Below, in pieces: positions 37,970 to 50,918 of a stretch of 64,000 bases of DNA. Each line of letters starts with the position of its first letter. The stretch's first letter is position 1. The stretch covers positions 1,488,001 to 1,552,000 of the forward strand of contig CM120642.1 in assembly GCA_051362555.1 (NCBI GenBank), in the 5' to 3' direction. A model generated the notes under the pieces. That model ran no database searches. It saw only the letters and a program-made list of their open reading frames with translations, and was not told where the DNA came from. A program made the translations under genes and the position numbers. The DNA comes from Lingula anatina (lineage: Eukaryota > Animalia > Brachiopoda).

Positions 37970-38110
37970 CTTTTAGCTTCTTGATTCACTTTCGACTAAC
38001 AGGGCGGAGGCCCTTTGACTTGTAGCTGTCCTTGTAGCAGTATAGCAATATAGTAGTACAGAAATATCTTTAACTTCTGTCCGGTGGCGATGTGACCGCC
38101 AATATATAGG
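37970..38110 (-). promoter_or_regulatory. Putative non-coding first exon and TATA-like box of copy 2. Equivalent elements are at ~33953-34055 (copy 1), ~45848-45970 (copy 3) and ~60135-60255 (copy 4)
   Basis: A minus-strand AG|GTAAG donor (cttacct at 37965-37971) has a TATATATT about 135 bp upstream. The same arrangement precedes each paralogue. Confidence 0.6.
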
Positions 38111-40196
38111 TGTAGCCGGTGTCCAGGTCAGGTCAGATGAAATAACAATATTCATATTTTGGCCCAGGAAGTGGCACAAAGGTAGTTTACGGACGCCTCT
38201 TAGTCGCTATTGACTGTGACTACACTAGCCCTTCATTATCTGAAACAGAATAAATGAATTCAAATGTCAAGAATTTGACGTGAATTTATGTATTCTTCAT
38301 TCTGTGACATTATTAAAAGAATGAAGGGGAATTTCAGATATTTGTAAAGGTATTTGTCTTTTAACCCTTCTCGTTTTATTCTCCTATTTTGTTTTATTTT
38401 TGTTTTATAGTAAATATATTTTGTAAAATGTTTCACACGCAGTTATTGAGGGAAATATTTCTCCGTAAAAATAATCAATTCTACTTAAAAAAAAAGAACA
38501 GATGTTGGCTCAAGCCCAGGGGAGAAATGTCTATCACTTTTTCTGGCTAAATGAGGACAAGATAACGAACTCTCTGATGAAAGATGTTCTAAAATAGTGA
38601 ACAAAATTAAAATAACAGACAACTAGCGCACCCACTGGCCAGAGAGTAAGACAACCCGTGTCGGAGACAGCAGAACTTTCGTAACGTGTTTATAAACAGT
38701 GTAATACGTGTTTCGAAATTAAAAAGACGAATTGGTAAGATAATCACATTCCCCAAACTTTTTGCTGTTCACGAGAAACATTCTTCATAAGTTTAATACA
38801 CGTCCACTTGAGTTGAATTTTAACGCTGTGTGAAAAAATATAAGATATTACATTTCACACCTCCTATGACGTCAACCATTAATAAGGCTAGAATTTACTA
38901 CGTAGTTCGAACTGAAAGCATTTCAAAGCGAGCTTTAGCTATTTGTCGTGTTACCTCGGCACTGTAAAATTCCTATTCAGCTGTCTTGCGGCGGTATATT
39001 CATAATAATTTTTATGTATTTAAATCAACCGCAATTTATTGCAGAATGCTGAGTTTCGTCGTCATGATTTCATAGTTATTATTTCCATGTATAATTTATT
39101 ACGCACCAGTGAAATAAAGTGTATAAAGTATTTGTTCTTTTTTCAGCGAAGATTCAATTGATAACAATTTTCCTGAAAATATGATTTATCATTCAAAATT
39201 CCATTAGCTCTGAGATTTGCCAAATGTAAAAAAAGTTGTAATTAACAATGGAAATAATTAACAATAGCCACTATAAATGAAACGACTCTCCTACCTTTAA
39301 CTGCCATTTTCCGGTGTGTGTGTGTGTGTGGAGGGGGGGGGGGGTACTCTACCAGAAGTGCTAGCTGTTATTTAATAATTGGACGAAGGTCTTAGTTTTG
39401 CAATGTTAGAAACTGCTAGAATGGCATCTGGTAAAGAGAAGCGGTGTGAGGGAGAAAGTTTGTTACGGGCTTTTCAATTTCTAAGAAGGTGTCTGCTTAA
39501 AATCAAATTAAAAAGTTAGAGATAAATTATTTATAGCGTTTTATTTCCTATCACCCTTTTGATACATGGAACTCTACCTTACGTCGGTACCTTGTAAAAG
39601 CTTTCTGCTGACGTCGGAAGACGCCTCCTTCTTCATTTATTCCATTTGACATCTTGTTTACGCCCAATCACCATATCTATGGCGATTTTATACAGGTCAT
39701 CAAGTCTGGCCTTTTTAAACTTTCATGAACATGCTTTGTAGTAGGGGGAAAGACGCCAACACATTCCGTTAACTAGTATAACCAGTATAACTACATTTAA
39801 TATATCCAGTTTAACCATGTCATTTACGCTTTATCTCGGCGTTTAAACTTCATTGGCGCATGTCACACGTTTCCTTGGACTAGAGTTAAGAATTTCACTT
39901 TTCTTGGTTGATGTTTAAAAGGGAAGTTTTTATCATAATAGTCAAGAGAAGGTATAATTAACGATCTTAAAAATCGTTCCATGCTTCTGGTCAACAACAA
40001 GTGTTGATAAATGTCTTTGATTCATTGTAGAATTACTGTATGATTCTTATTGAATTGTTTTACACTTTGACAACTTTCAATGTATGCACATGGAGAGATA
40101 AATTAAATAAAGTTACCTTCCCCTTCTCCCAGTCTGATGTCTTCTCTTTTCATCCAAACTGTGTTTTTTCTGTCTTATCTCTCTCTCAAACACAAT

Positions 40197-40228
<32 letters not shown>

Positions 40229-42084
40229 CACACACACGCGTACATTCTTTCTCTCACTTCTGTTTATGTAACAACCATCTGCTCAAATACCCCATACCTG
40301 CTGTCATGTCTGAATTTATCAGTTTCGTGTCAAAGCCATGCCACAAACCGAAGGATGAAAACAACTTTGAATATTTATTTGAAAATACTCATTTCACATA
40401 AAATATCATTTGTCAAGCCAGGTGAGGGAGAACATACAAACAATGTCAGGAAATATGTTTTATTCATTGTTATTTGTGGTTTGGTGAAGGCTTCCGATTG
40501 CTGTTTTCTTGCATTTTAATAAAAGGAAAGGACCACAGTAAATCATTATAATATCACTCGAAAACAACATGGGAAAACGACGGAAGAGAATATTGGAATG
40601 CAGCATAGAATGCAATCTTCGTTATGTATTTATTTTATTTGAATGATCATATTATTATTTATCTTCTGTCGCTGTTCTGTTATTCAGTGTAAGTGTTAAG
40701 CCGCCGTTGACTCAGCTTGTGACTGGTATGGTACTATTTCGTTAAAAGACATACATGTAGGAACGCACCAGCGGACGCAAGCAGTGTCTTAACTGGGCGT
40801 TTCTATCAAGGGATGATGACATTAATATTGTATTCATTTCCCTCCCATGCTAGCCATGGTAGCATCCTCAGCGGACTGTGACGTCTGTTTATCAAAATAT
40901 GAAAATATATTAGATTTAATAATTCGTTTACATTTTCTTTGCGTCATCACATATGTTAACACGGAAAAAAAATAAGACGAATTACCAATTCTTGAATGTA
41001 GATTATTTGGGAAATTGTAATGACGATCTGTTCTCATAGACGCCCTTTCCCTCTCCTTATCCCATTCGTATCAATCATTAGATTGTTTAAGGGATTTTAC
41101 TATTTTTATTTAAACAGTCTAAATACTAATCAATCAATCTATACACTATTTTTGTCTTTGTTGTATTAAATTAATATCGTTCTACTCGTGATGATGGAGA
41201 TATAACAACCAATATGGCCTATCTTTACTTTTTTGCTGTCTTGTATGAGTCCCATTTTTCACCATCTCAACACCCATGTTGTCAAATATATGTAATGCAA
41301 CATATGACAAATACCTAATCTCGCGATGTAAGGTATTGAATTTGGAAGTTTAATGTTTCAATACCATAATATTTGATGTACACGTATGCCCTCCTGGGTT
41401 GAAGTAACTAACTTTTTATGTACTCTCAACAAGGGTCAGGTGAGTGGTGGCGGCAACTCTGTGCAAAGATTCTCGCTGGACGGTACAAAAATATGCACTG
41501 AATTAACCAGGGATATATCTTTGACTATCTGGTCCAAAATTCTGCCTGTGGCCCTCGTAGAGGGTGCCCTTTATACTGCATAATTGGTGGACTCTAGCAT
41601 TGTCCTCCTTTAACTAAAGTCTATGGGCACTTTAAGCTGACCTTTCTCCTCGAAACAGCACCTTGTGAACTTATAATAAGTGGCACAATTTTAATGACCT
41701 GATTTATTCAAAATTAATCATATTGGCTAGTTTGGGTTTTCTGAGTTAATAAGGTCACATTTATTAAGGTCGGAATGCCAGCTGAAGAGAGAGCGGGTCA
41801 CAGACAAACGTGTCACCCCGCTTGTCATGCTTACCTGTTGCTCTTGCTTATTTTCATAAATCAGCATGATGATTTGATCTAGGTGTTGAAATTATTCCAA
41901 GAGATTGGTAAAATTTACTTTTGACTCTGTTGTTTCAGAATAAGCTCAAGTGGGATAACATGAAAGTAGAATCAATTGGTAGATGAATAAGAGAGGAATG
42001 TCGACCCCTTTTTTTTCTCCCTTGTGTCTTAACCACGTGGGAAAAAAATAATTTAAGGCATTTAAAATTACGGCAAAATTATCC

Positions 42085-42229
42085 AAATATTGCCATTTTT
42101 TCCAAAAATGTCTTCGCAGTGGTAAAAGAATTTTAAGTAAATAAATTCGAAAAAAAATATTGCCATTTTTTCCAAAAATGTCTTCGCAGTGGTAAAAGGA
42201 TTTTCAGTAAATAAATTCGAAAAAAAATA
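42085..42229. repeat. 70-bp tandem duplication
   Basis: aaatattgccattttttccaaaaatgtcttcgcagtggtaaaag...taaattcgaaaa occurs twice. Confidence 0.9.
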
Positions 42230-44910
42230 AGTAGATTTAGATGAAAATTTTATTTTTTGATAATATTTACCAGTGTTTTATGCTGCGAAATTTCCAAGGA
42301 AAAGTATTAAAAATTTAGCCAATAAGCCCCCCCACCCCATCGTGTCATCTTCTCATATTTTACCACTGATCCACAGTATCATAAATCTTTTTAAAGAGGC
42401 GGGATGTTCCCAAGGATAAATTCCATATGCCTTCGTTATTTATTCCTCCTATATTGCAACAAAGTTGAACTAGAGCGTAAATATTTGTATTAATTGCAAT
42501 ATTTCCTTGTTGTCAACTGCAAATTCGCAAGGGGTGGGGGTGTTTATGACCTTGGAGCAAATATCTGCAGCGTCATACAAGATGTGCTGAATGAATTGAA
42601 AAAAAGACCTTTTGTGTCTAGTTCGAGCGTTTAATCCAATGACAGAGAACATTTCGGAATTGCGCCATTTTATGATTATTAGATGACTGGAGAAAAACCA
42701 GTAACGGATTTATCACAAAGCAATTCATTTCTCACAAGACATTTTTAGAGTAGAATGTAGAATGACTTCATATTAAGGCGAAGTTTCTTGACTTGGAGGC
42801 TAGTAATGGTTGATGCAGAATTCTACATATTAATACTGCTTTTTTGTCTATGCTGTTGGATAGTTTATTAAAGATGGAAACCATGAGTCCTGGATTTAAA
42901 GGAATACCCCCTTAAGATACATAAAAACGAAATACCATTTCACCAATGTTGCGTTTAACAGCCAAATGTAGTAGTTGTGCAGCACATGATGTTCGTAAAA
43001 ATGTGACACTGCTCATCCATCAGTTGCGAACAACCCCTAAACCAACAAATTAGGCTCACAAAAAAAAAAAAGTTTAAAGTCCAAATGATGGTCGGTGCTT
43101 TTCAGTTGAAGATACATTCACACTAGTTTTATTGAATGAAGTAAAGCCTGTATTGGTCTGAAGCAAAAGTCTATAAAATAGGCGCAGTATTTCATACAAT
43201 TTGACTACTTCTGATTTATCTTGAGTCAAATATAAATCAGTAGTAATCAGTGGTTTTTGGTTAGACCATCTCCCGGTAAGTTGCGGTTATAACGGTATCC
43301 AGACACTAAAAATATAGAAAGCGTTTACGGTTATCGTAGAAGGGAAATGAAAAAAAAATCATGCACAGATCAGTATATCACTGTACAGTACATCAATTAC
43401 CTTTTCCCCATTAATTTACTAAAAAACTGATAAGGATTACAAAACATGGAGACGTCTGTGAGTTAGCTTCCCCCCCCCCCCCATTTTGTTTTAGGTTTGA
43501 AGCCTATTATGAATGAAGCAAAATTAAAAAGACAGTCATTCTTTTTGTCCGTAATAGTAAACGAAATAAGTTACAAAGGCGCAAAACTACCACATACTTT
43601 AGGGTCCATATTCTTGACGTGCATGCTTGAATAGAAAGAATGCATCACACATAAAGCACCCATGCGGTAGCTGTAGTATCTAATGCAGAGTTAACTCGCG
43701 GATAACAGCAAAATAAACCTTTTGGTGACATTTACCTGCAGACTAGGACGATAATAAAGACTACAAGACTTAATCAAAACTAGACTGTTAATTAGACACT
43801 GGACATTCTATTAAAGAGACAGAAATGTCTAACACAGGTAATAAACTTGACGCGTCTCAGTATTTCTGACAGTGGGCTGAGTTTGAAACAACTTCTCTGC
43901 CAACATGAAATTAAAGAAATAAAAACAAAAGAAAAGAGAACGAAATATAATAGTACAACGCAACACACACTTCAAAGTACACTCATATAATTTTTATTAT
44001 TTATAAAAATACAGTGATGTATCATTTGGATCCTAATCGATTGATTTGTTATATTTACAACGGCACTTTAGCCATTCTTAAGTAATAGGGCCTATCGTCA
44101 TACTGTATTTTGAACATGTTTTTGTAATGATTTTCAAAAGTAAATGTAGGGCCATTGAAAAGTGTCCTGTAGAACCCCAAAGTGATTTATGAATTCCTAT
44201 AGCGTATTACAATACTTCTAAATTATCACAATTTAGTTTTTGGTGGGTGCACAACCTTCAGTGGAAGTCTGCCTTTCATATTCAGGATGACGTTTTCTGA
44301 TTTAGGCCAAGTTGTTCTGTGTAGACACATGTACCATAACGTCGAGTATAGAAGGAAGAGTCAAAAACTTGTCAGCTGGAAGACGCTGAGTGTCCATTTT
44401 TAAAGCGACTCCTTCAGATGTAAAAATTGAACTTGGTGCCGTTACCTTAGTGCGTTAGACAGCTTTTGATAGAATAATGCCTTTAATTTTTCAGTTTGCA
44501 TATATATATATATGCCTTTATGGTTATGGCGTTCAAGACCAGGCGAGTAGTTCAAAGTTCCTTCGTTCACGTGTGCGAATATTTATCAATACTTTAACAT
44601 TACGAAATAGTATTTACATATATACATATATATATGTACTACATCACTAAGTTAAGTTTTTTATCGCAACCTATCTGTTCGGCAGCACATACACAGTACT
44701 AACGAGAAATAAACTGTTTCTAAACCGGGCTTAATCTTACACTTGCATCATGCCAATATACATTTAACATTTAATAAATTACTGTTCAGTATTTGGTATA
44801 AAAAGAAAGACATAAACCTACTTCAGATATGAGCGTTACAGCGTTTCTAATTTTACCCATGATTTTTTTCTAGGCTGTTCATTTCCATTTTTTTTCCTTT
44901 TTCTATATTT

Positions 44911-45264
44911 CTATAATACTTGCACGCAATTATTACACAAGTAGTAAATGCCTGATTCGTTAGGCGGACATTCGCAGTCGCCGACCTTGTCGCAGCAGCT
45001 ATATTGTTTGTTTATACCGCACATGTCTTTTTTAATTTCACAGTATCTACTTTGGTCTGCATCCTGAGTACCACAGCGTGGTATGACCTTGTCCTCGGGG
45101 TATCCGGGGGGCTTGCAGCTACACGGAGTACCGGACTCATCTACGGTGTAATTACAGCATAGATAGTCACCGTCTTCCGTCATCTGGAACTCACACAGTG
45201 GAAGATTCAGGGACGCCGAGAACGCGGCGCACACGCAGGCAAGACCGATGATGAATCGAAGCAT
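44911..45264 (-). CDS. Secreted cysteine-rich protein, 14-Cys family, copy 3 (117 aa)
   Basis: Same framework, with tttgcag|aaacaagcaccATG. Confidence 0.88.
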   Translation of the reverse strand: MLRFIIGLACVCAAFSASLNLPLCEFQMTEDGDYLCCNYTVDESGTPCSCKPPGYPEDKVIPRCGTQDADQSRYCEIKKDMCGINKQYSCCDKVGDCECPPNESGIYYLCNNCVQVL

Positions 45265-46913
45265 GGTGCTTGTTTCTGCAAATTTTAACGCAATGTATAC
45301 AATATGCTACAGTATATACTGTATATGATGCAGTATATTTCATTCTCTGCATTGGAAAAGACGCATGAAATAAACCAAATGATTTTAGACAGGACTTAAT
45401 GCTTTTTGTTGATATGCTAATGTGGTTCTCTTGCCTATTTAATGATAACGCACATTTTTCACAAACATATCACTTGAATTTGACATGTTTACAACATGTA
45501 AACGACAAGCCTCGTAAATAAAGTACTGACACCGTGGAAAAGTTGAAGTAAACAAAAGGCAATATGGAAAGCACATCGAATCCCGTTTTAGTGGAATATT
45601 TTGCAATAATTACGCTGTTCTTCCTTTTTGCTAAAACTTATATACAGATTTATTGCAAGTTATGCATCAGCATTTACTTGAAAAATGTGACCTTTTACAG
45701 ATATAAATGTACAATAAACTGACATTTCTAATGAAATACCATTATTTTACTAAATATAGCAAAGTGGAGAAACCCTCAAATGTGCGCAATACATAAACAG
45801 AAAAATTTTAAACCAAACCAATATGAAATCGTGTAATTAACTCTTACCTTTTGGCTTCTTGCTTTCCTTCTCACGTATTAGGTGCCTTTCAGCTTTTTCT
45901 TGATTTGCAGTAGTCGAGCAATGTCTTCAGTTTCTGTTAGCAGTCAGTTTTTGCACCAATATTTATACCTGGACATCAGGTTAATTAAGGACAATTTGAT
46001 GCGTTCGACACACCGGAAGCTGCACGCTGTCACTCGGGGGCTCGCCACGGTCGCCATTAGCTGTCACCACACTCTCTTCTCAAATGACAAGAATGCGACA
46101 TGGATTTATGTAGGTTTTACCCCACACTGTCTGAATTGGAGGAATGAGAATGGGGGGATTGCAGCTTTAAATTTTGAAATGGTTTCTTTATGTTTATGGT
46201 ATTGCTTGTTTTATTTCAAGCTTTATTGCACCACAGACTTTTTAATTTTTTTTTTTAATTTTTCGTTTCACTTTTAAAAGGTTTTTGAGGGAGAGTTTAG
46301 ATACAGAAATAAAGAAGGACTTTTTTCTCTTCTAGATCATAAGTTAATGGTAATAATAATAATCCTGTGAAGATAGATAGTTGAAAAGCGTCTGTAAGTT
46401 ACACACCCCCTCTGACGTCACACATCATCCCTAGAATTTACTACGTAGTTTAGATTGAAAACTTTTGAAAAGAAATTTTTGCTAATTGACAGATCTCACT
46501 GGTAATAACTTAGTCTCTTTCTACAATCTTATTGTGGTTAACTCGAAAAAATGTTTGTAATTCGACCGCAATTGACTCCTTTCTTTATCATTTCTGTGCA
46601 TAAATTTTATTCGCTTTCGGGTACTTGTTTGTGCTCAATTACCATATATATGGTGATTTTATACGAAACACTAAGTGTGACTTCTTTAAATTCTTGTGTA
46701 CTCGAAGGTATTTAGATGATTTAAGCGTGCAATTAGAAAATATTTCCATGTATTAATTGTTGTATTGTAGACGGTGCGCATTTGGCTTCACTGCGACTTG
46801 AGAGTTCGGATTTCTAAATTATAATAAAATATTTCATTTTTGCAAGGAGGGCGATACTTTAAAAAGTGTGTATTTGAAAAGAACGTTGGTTATAATCATA
46901 ACAATGCATTGTA

Positions 46914-48298
46914 CACACACTGGACAAAAGAAGTGTCACCCCTACTGAACCAATACTATGGGGGAGATAAATGACTGTGGAATGATATGCTCCTGGTATC
47001 ATTTTATTAGCATCAAATTTCACAAAAAATCACAAAATGAGAACAAAATATACATTCTACCAAAATATGTAGTTTCAAGTCCAAAATTAGTACTTAGTGG
47101 CATAGCCACGTGACCTAATAATAGGTGCCAGTCTACGAAACATGGATTCATTTAATTGTCTGATGCGTTCAGGGCTTATGCTGGCCCAAGCATGAAACAC
47201 TGAATATAACAGAGTTTCTCTGCTGGTTAGACGGGCATTTGTAAAAAGTTTTGACATATAATTCCACACATTTTCTATTATGTTTGTATCCGGACTCTGG
47301 GCAGGCCACATCACCCTGCGAATGTCCTGTTGGTCAAACCAATCATCAACTGCTCTGGGCCTGTGACAAGGAGCATTGTCATCCTGGTGAACAGATGGAT
47401 AATTCCTTTCACCAAACATATTAATAATAGATGGTAGCAAGCCTGACTCCAAAACATCGATATATTTCTAGTGATTCATGTTTCCATTAACCACTATCAA
47501 TTCGCCCAAGCCATGGATGCTGATGCAGTCCCACACCATGATGAATATGCTGCTCCGGGTTCGAAAATTTAGTGCATGTGGTTCAAATGCTTTACCAGCA
47601 GTTTGCCAGCATAGTACCCGTCTGTCATCAGAGGTCAGACCAAAGCAACACTCATCAGAAAAAATATATAGGACCAATTGTCATAAACTGTCCAGTTCCA
47701 GATCCTGTTGACCCTAGTTTACTGTATGTTGCCTGTTTTGTAACGATATAAGAGGTTTCAGTCTTGATACCCTGCTGTACACTCTCTGAGCATGTAACCG
47801 ACGCCTAGCAATTTTCACAGACACATTCTTATGTGTGAAATTGTTCCACTGTGTTGTCAACTGACAAGCAGTGTCGAACTTTGACAACCTGGACATCAAA
47901 ATCAGTCGTCGGTCTTCACGGCCAGTATTTTTTCTTGGACGACCCATCAGAGGCAATTTGTCTCTTGATCCAGTGTTTCTATACCGAGACCAGACCCTCT
48001 GACGGTTCTGACTGAACAATTCAATTGTATCGATATTCTGACATTGCTTATATTCCGCCTCTTCAGGTTAATAACTTGCACCTATAACCGTTAGATAATT
48101 ACCTGTATCTTGCCATACTGGAGGAAGACAGGAATAACATTTGCTGTACATGTACAAGACCAACAATACAATTCCATGGTATAGCGGTTTTATACTCATT
48201 AGTCACATTATAAGTAGACCAGGCATTATAAGTACCCAAGATTTGCCTACTTTCATTACTCTGAGTTAGGGGGTGACACTTCTTTTGTCCAGTGTGTG
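46914..48298 (-). mobile_element. Tc1-family (DD34E) DNA transposon, full-length but with a disrupted transposase
   Basis: ~29-bp TIRs cacacactggacaaaagaagtgtcacccc are flanked by TA. Transposase fragments at 47714-48019, 47468-47677 and 47087-47452 carry GRPRK, FSDE, QDDNAPCH, WPAQSPDTNIIENVW and GYATKY. There are 34 residues between the second D and the E, and several internal stops. Confidence 0.95.
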
Positions 48299-50239
48299 TA
48301 TACGTTAATTAGATAAACTATTCCCATGTCTAAATTAATGCATTGTAGCTGAAAGAAAGTTTATTTACCCCGCATGTGGCTTTTAGAGTTTTAATTTAAT
48401 TTTCAACTTTTGGAAGATAATATAGTTTTGCGTATAACAACTGCCATGCACTTTAATTTAAAAATCTAAAAAGCCCTCCCTGGCTTCCGATCTTTGCCAA
48501 TTATCTTAATTAAACGCACCCAGACATAACAGCATTACCCTGTAATATTTCATCAATCATGGCACATTTTAACCGTTCCCTATTTACCGATCCTGCTTTC
48601 ATTAAACATCTTTCGGTTTTCTTCAACTTTCAAAAATAAACTTATTTATTGTCCTACAGTACCTAACAAACACATACAGGTGCACGTCCATCCTTGTTTC
48701 ACTTCTGAATAAGTAGCGATGATTTACTAAATTTACTCGTGTTGTCCTGTTATGAATCTGTTTCCATGGTATAAGCCGGACGAAAACCACTTTTGTTATT
48801 TTGAAATAGTTACGTTTACACTTAAAATAACATTCATCAATTCAGATAAAGAAGAGAAGACAAACAATACCTGTTAATATGTTTTATTCAGTGTCATTTG
48901 TGGTTTACTACACCGTTCCAAGTGTTATTTTTATACATGTTTATGAAGGAAACAGATAAATATTTATAAAACTCGTCCCTTCACACCATGATACACAAAC
49001 GAAAAACAACCAATAAAATTATTTTTGGCTCCGGATTGTTTGGGTTATATGTGAAATATACATAAATAACAAATGAATGTTTTCATTCATCCAGTTGTTT
49101 GAAACTAAGTAAATATAGAAATGGAATTGACTCTCATGCTGCATCTTACAATTTACAACGGAGATCACACCATCTGAGATCCTATCTACCACACTTGGAG
49201 GGTCGTTCCGCGTGAGACATCAGTTCACGTGAAGTAGGATTTGTGACAAGGTCAAAATGTCGTAATCGTTTCGAAACGTTCCATCCAGTTCCAGTGCGAG
49301 AGTGGATTTCAGATACGTAAATCTTTATACAGTATGGATATACTAGAACTTGGACGAATAATATCCATAATTCGCATTATTCGTCCAAGACCTGAATAAC
49401 ATTGGCTATCATTACAGGCATTAATCTATTTAAGTTTCTTTATATATGTATATAGTGTGCTCTAAGCTTAAAAAGTTACTTGTCAGTTATGTAAACATAT
49501 TTTTTGTGTTTTTATTAGGGATTTGAACCTTATGCACAGTTACTCTTATGTAAACAAGCAAGTTAAATAAAGCGTAGGAGTACAGATACTCAGTACAGCG
49601 TTTCCTCCTTTGTATCACTTGAGGCGTCACCTGTCACAATTACTTTAAGTAACTCTCAATAAAATACCTTCTGGTGTAGAACCATCAAACTTTTCAGACC
49701 TTCTAAATCAACATCTTTAGCTTTTCTAACAAAGCAGTGCTTCCGGTGCAATCACTTATAATTGCTTTGTCATAATTAAATGAGCAGCCCCTTACATGGA
49801 AAAAAAATGATCCAATCGAATTGCCTCCGAGTTGCACTTTCTAGGAAGATTAAAATGTCTTATTTTGTCAATTAATCATAAAGTAAGTGAAACAAAAAGA
49901 AACTGCAGAAGAAACAAAAAATATCAGCATAGCACAAATATATACAGACACACATATGCATAGAATCTTTTTCAGTTAACTTTAATATAAACACCATATT
50001 TTTCAGTCAACTGATTATAAAATCTCCATATTATTCAATATCTCAAGCACATGTTCCAGTATTATTATAGTTTATGTTAAAAAAAGTCGCAGTGCAGTTT
50101 ACAATGTGCCCCAAATATTTTTTTGGCTCTGATACAGACCAAGGGCATAATGAGGCATACGCACAGATGCACTGTGCGTACCTTTTTTTTCTTTTTGTCC
50201 TACCATGATGTTATTCTCTCTTAATTTAGTATATTTTAC

Positions 50240-50600
50240 ACAGAATATAACTGGGGGGCCATTTCTAAAGGTCTGGTTATGCCCCTGCAGACTGGGTGTA
50301 TATGTTCTCACCTACTGGTGGAGGATACAGCTCAACACCCATGTGTGGCACTGAGGACTAGCAGACCAACACTATCTGTCACTGCCAGACCAACTTTAGC
50401 CTCCACCTCACTTAGCCAGGATTGTGTGGGAAAATCTTCCAGACTCCCCCCTAGGGGACTTTACCCCTGCTTTAACCTCAAAGTACTGATTGCCAAGCCA
50501 GGAGACAGGGAGGCACTGTTTATGAAGGACTGGTTTACTTTGTTCGCCCACAAATACACTATGTTCTTCACTGTACTCTCTGATGTTCAATTTTTTTTTC
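50240..50600 (-). pseudogene. Degenerate NHL-repeat relic interrupted by a short copy of TRIM coding sequence
   Basis: Removing 50392-50449 restores ...EVKAGVKSPRGLAVTDSVGLLV, an NHL-like PxGLAV motif. GITRPLEMA follows downstream, and stops are present. Confidence 0.55.
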
Positions 50601-50918
50601 AGAATAACCCTTTCTGTTTAACTGGAGCAAGGACACAAATTAATCCACTGATTAAGAAAACATGCTAAAATTGGCTTGATTTTTGGACAGTTGCTCTTCT
50701 AGATACTCTATCTTCCTGAATCTTATATTCAACAAAGGAGGGGGTTGACTTGAAGCATGCTATCCATTTCATTCCTATCAGTTCTTTCATTAATTTTTTG
50801 AAAGATATGTAGTATATTACTGTACCTGTACACTCTAATATTCCAATCAGGCCATAACCAGACGTTTGGTTATATATTAAAGAAAATCCACTTAATTCCA
50901 AACAATCAATTTTTTCCT

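Noticed and set aside
38200-44600. Additional 14-Cys paralogue between copies 2 and 3
   Set aside because: No CC/CxC-coding segment or tttgcag-ATG context was seen on either strand.
46914-48298. Active or domesticated Tc1 transposase
   Set aside because: It has multiple internal stops and local frameshifts.
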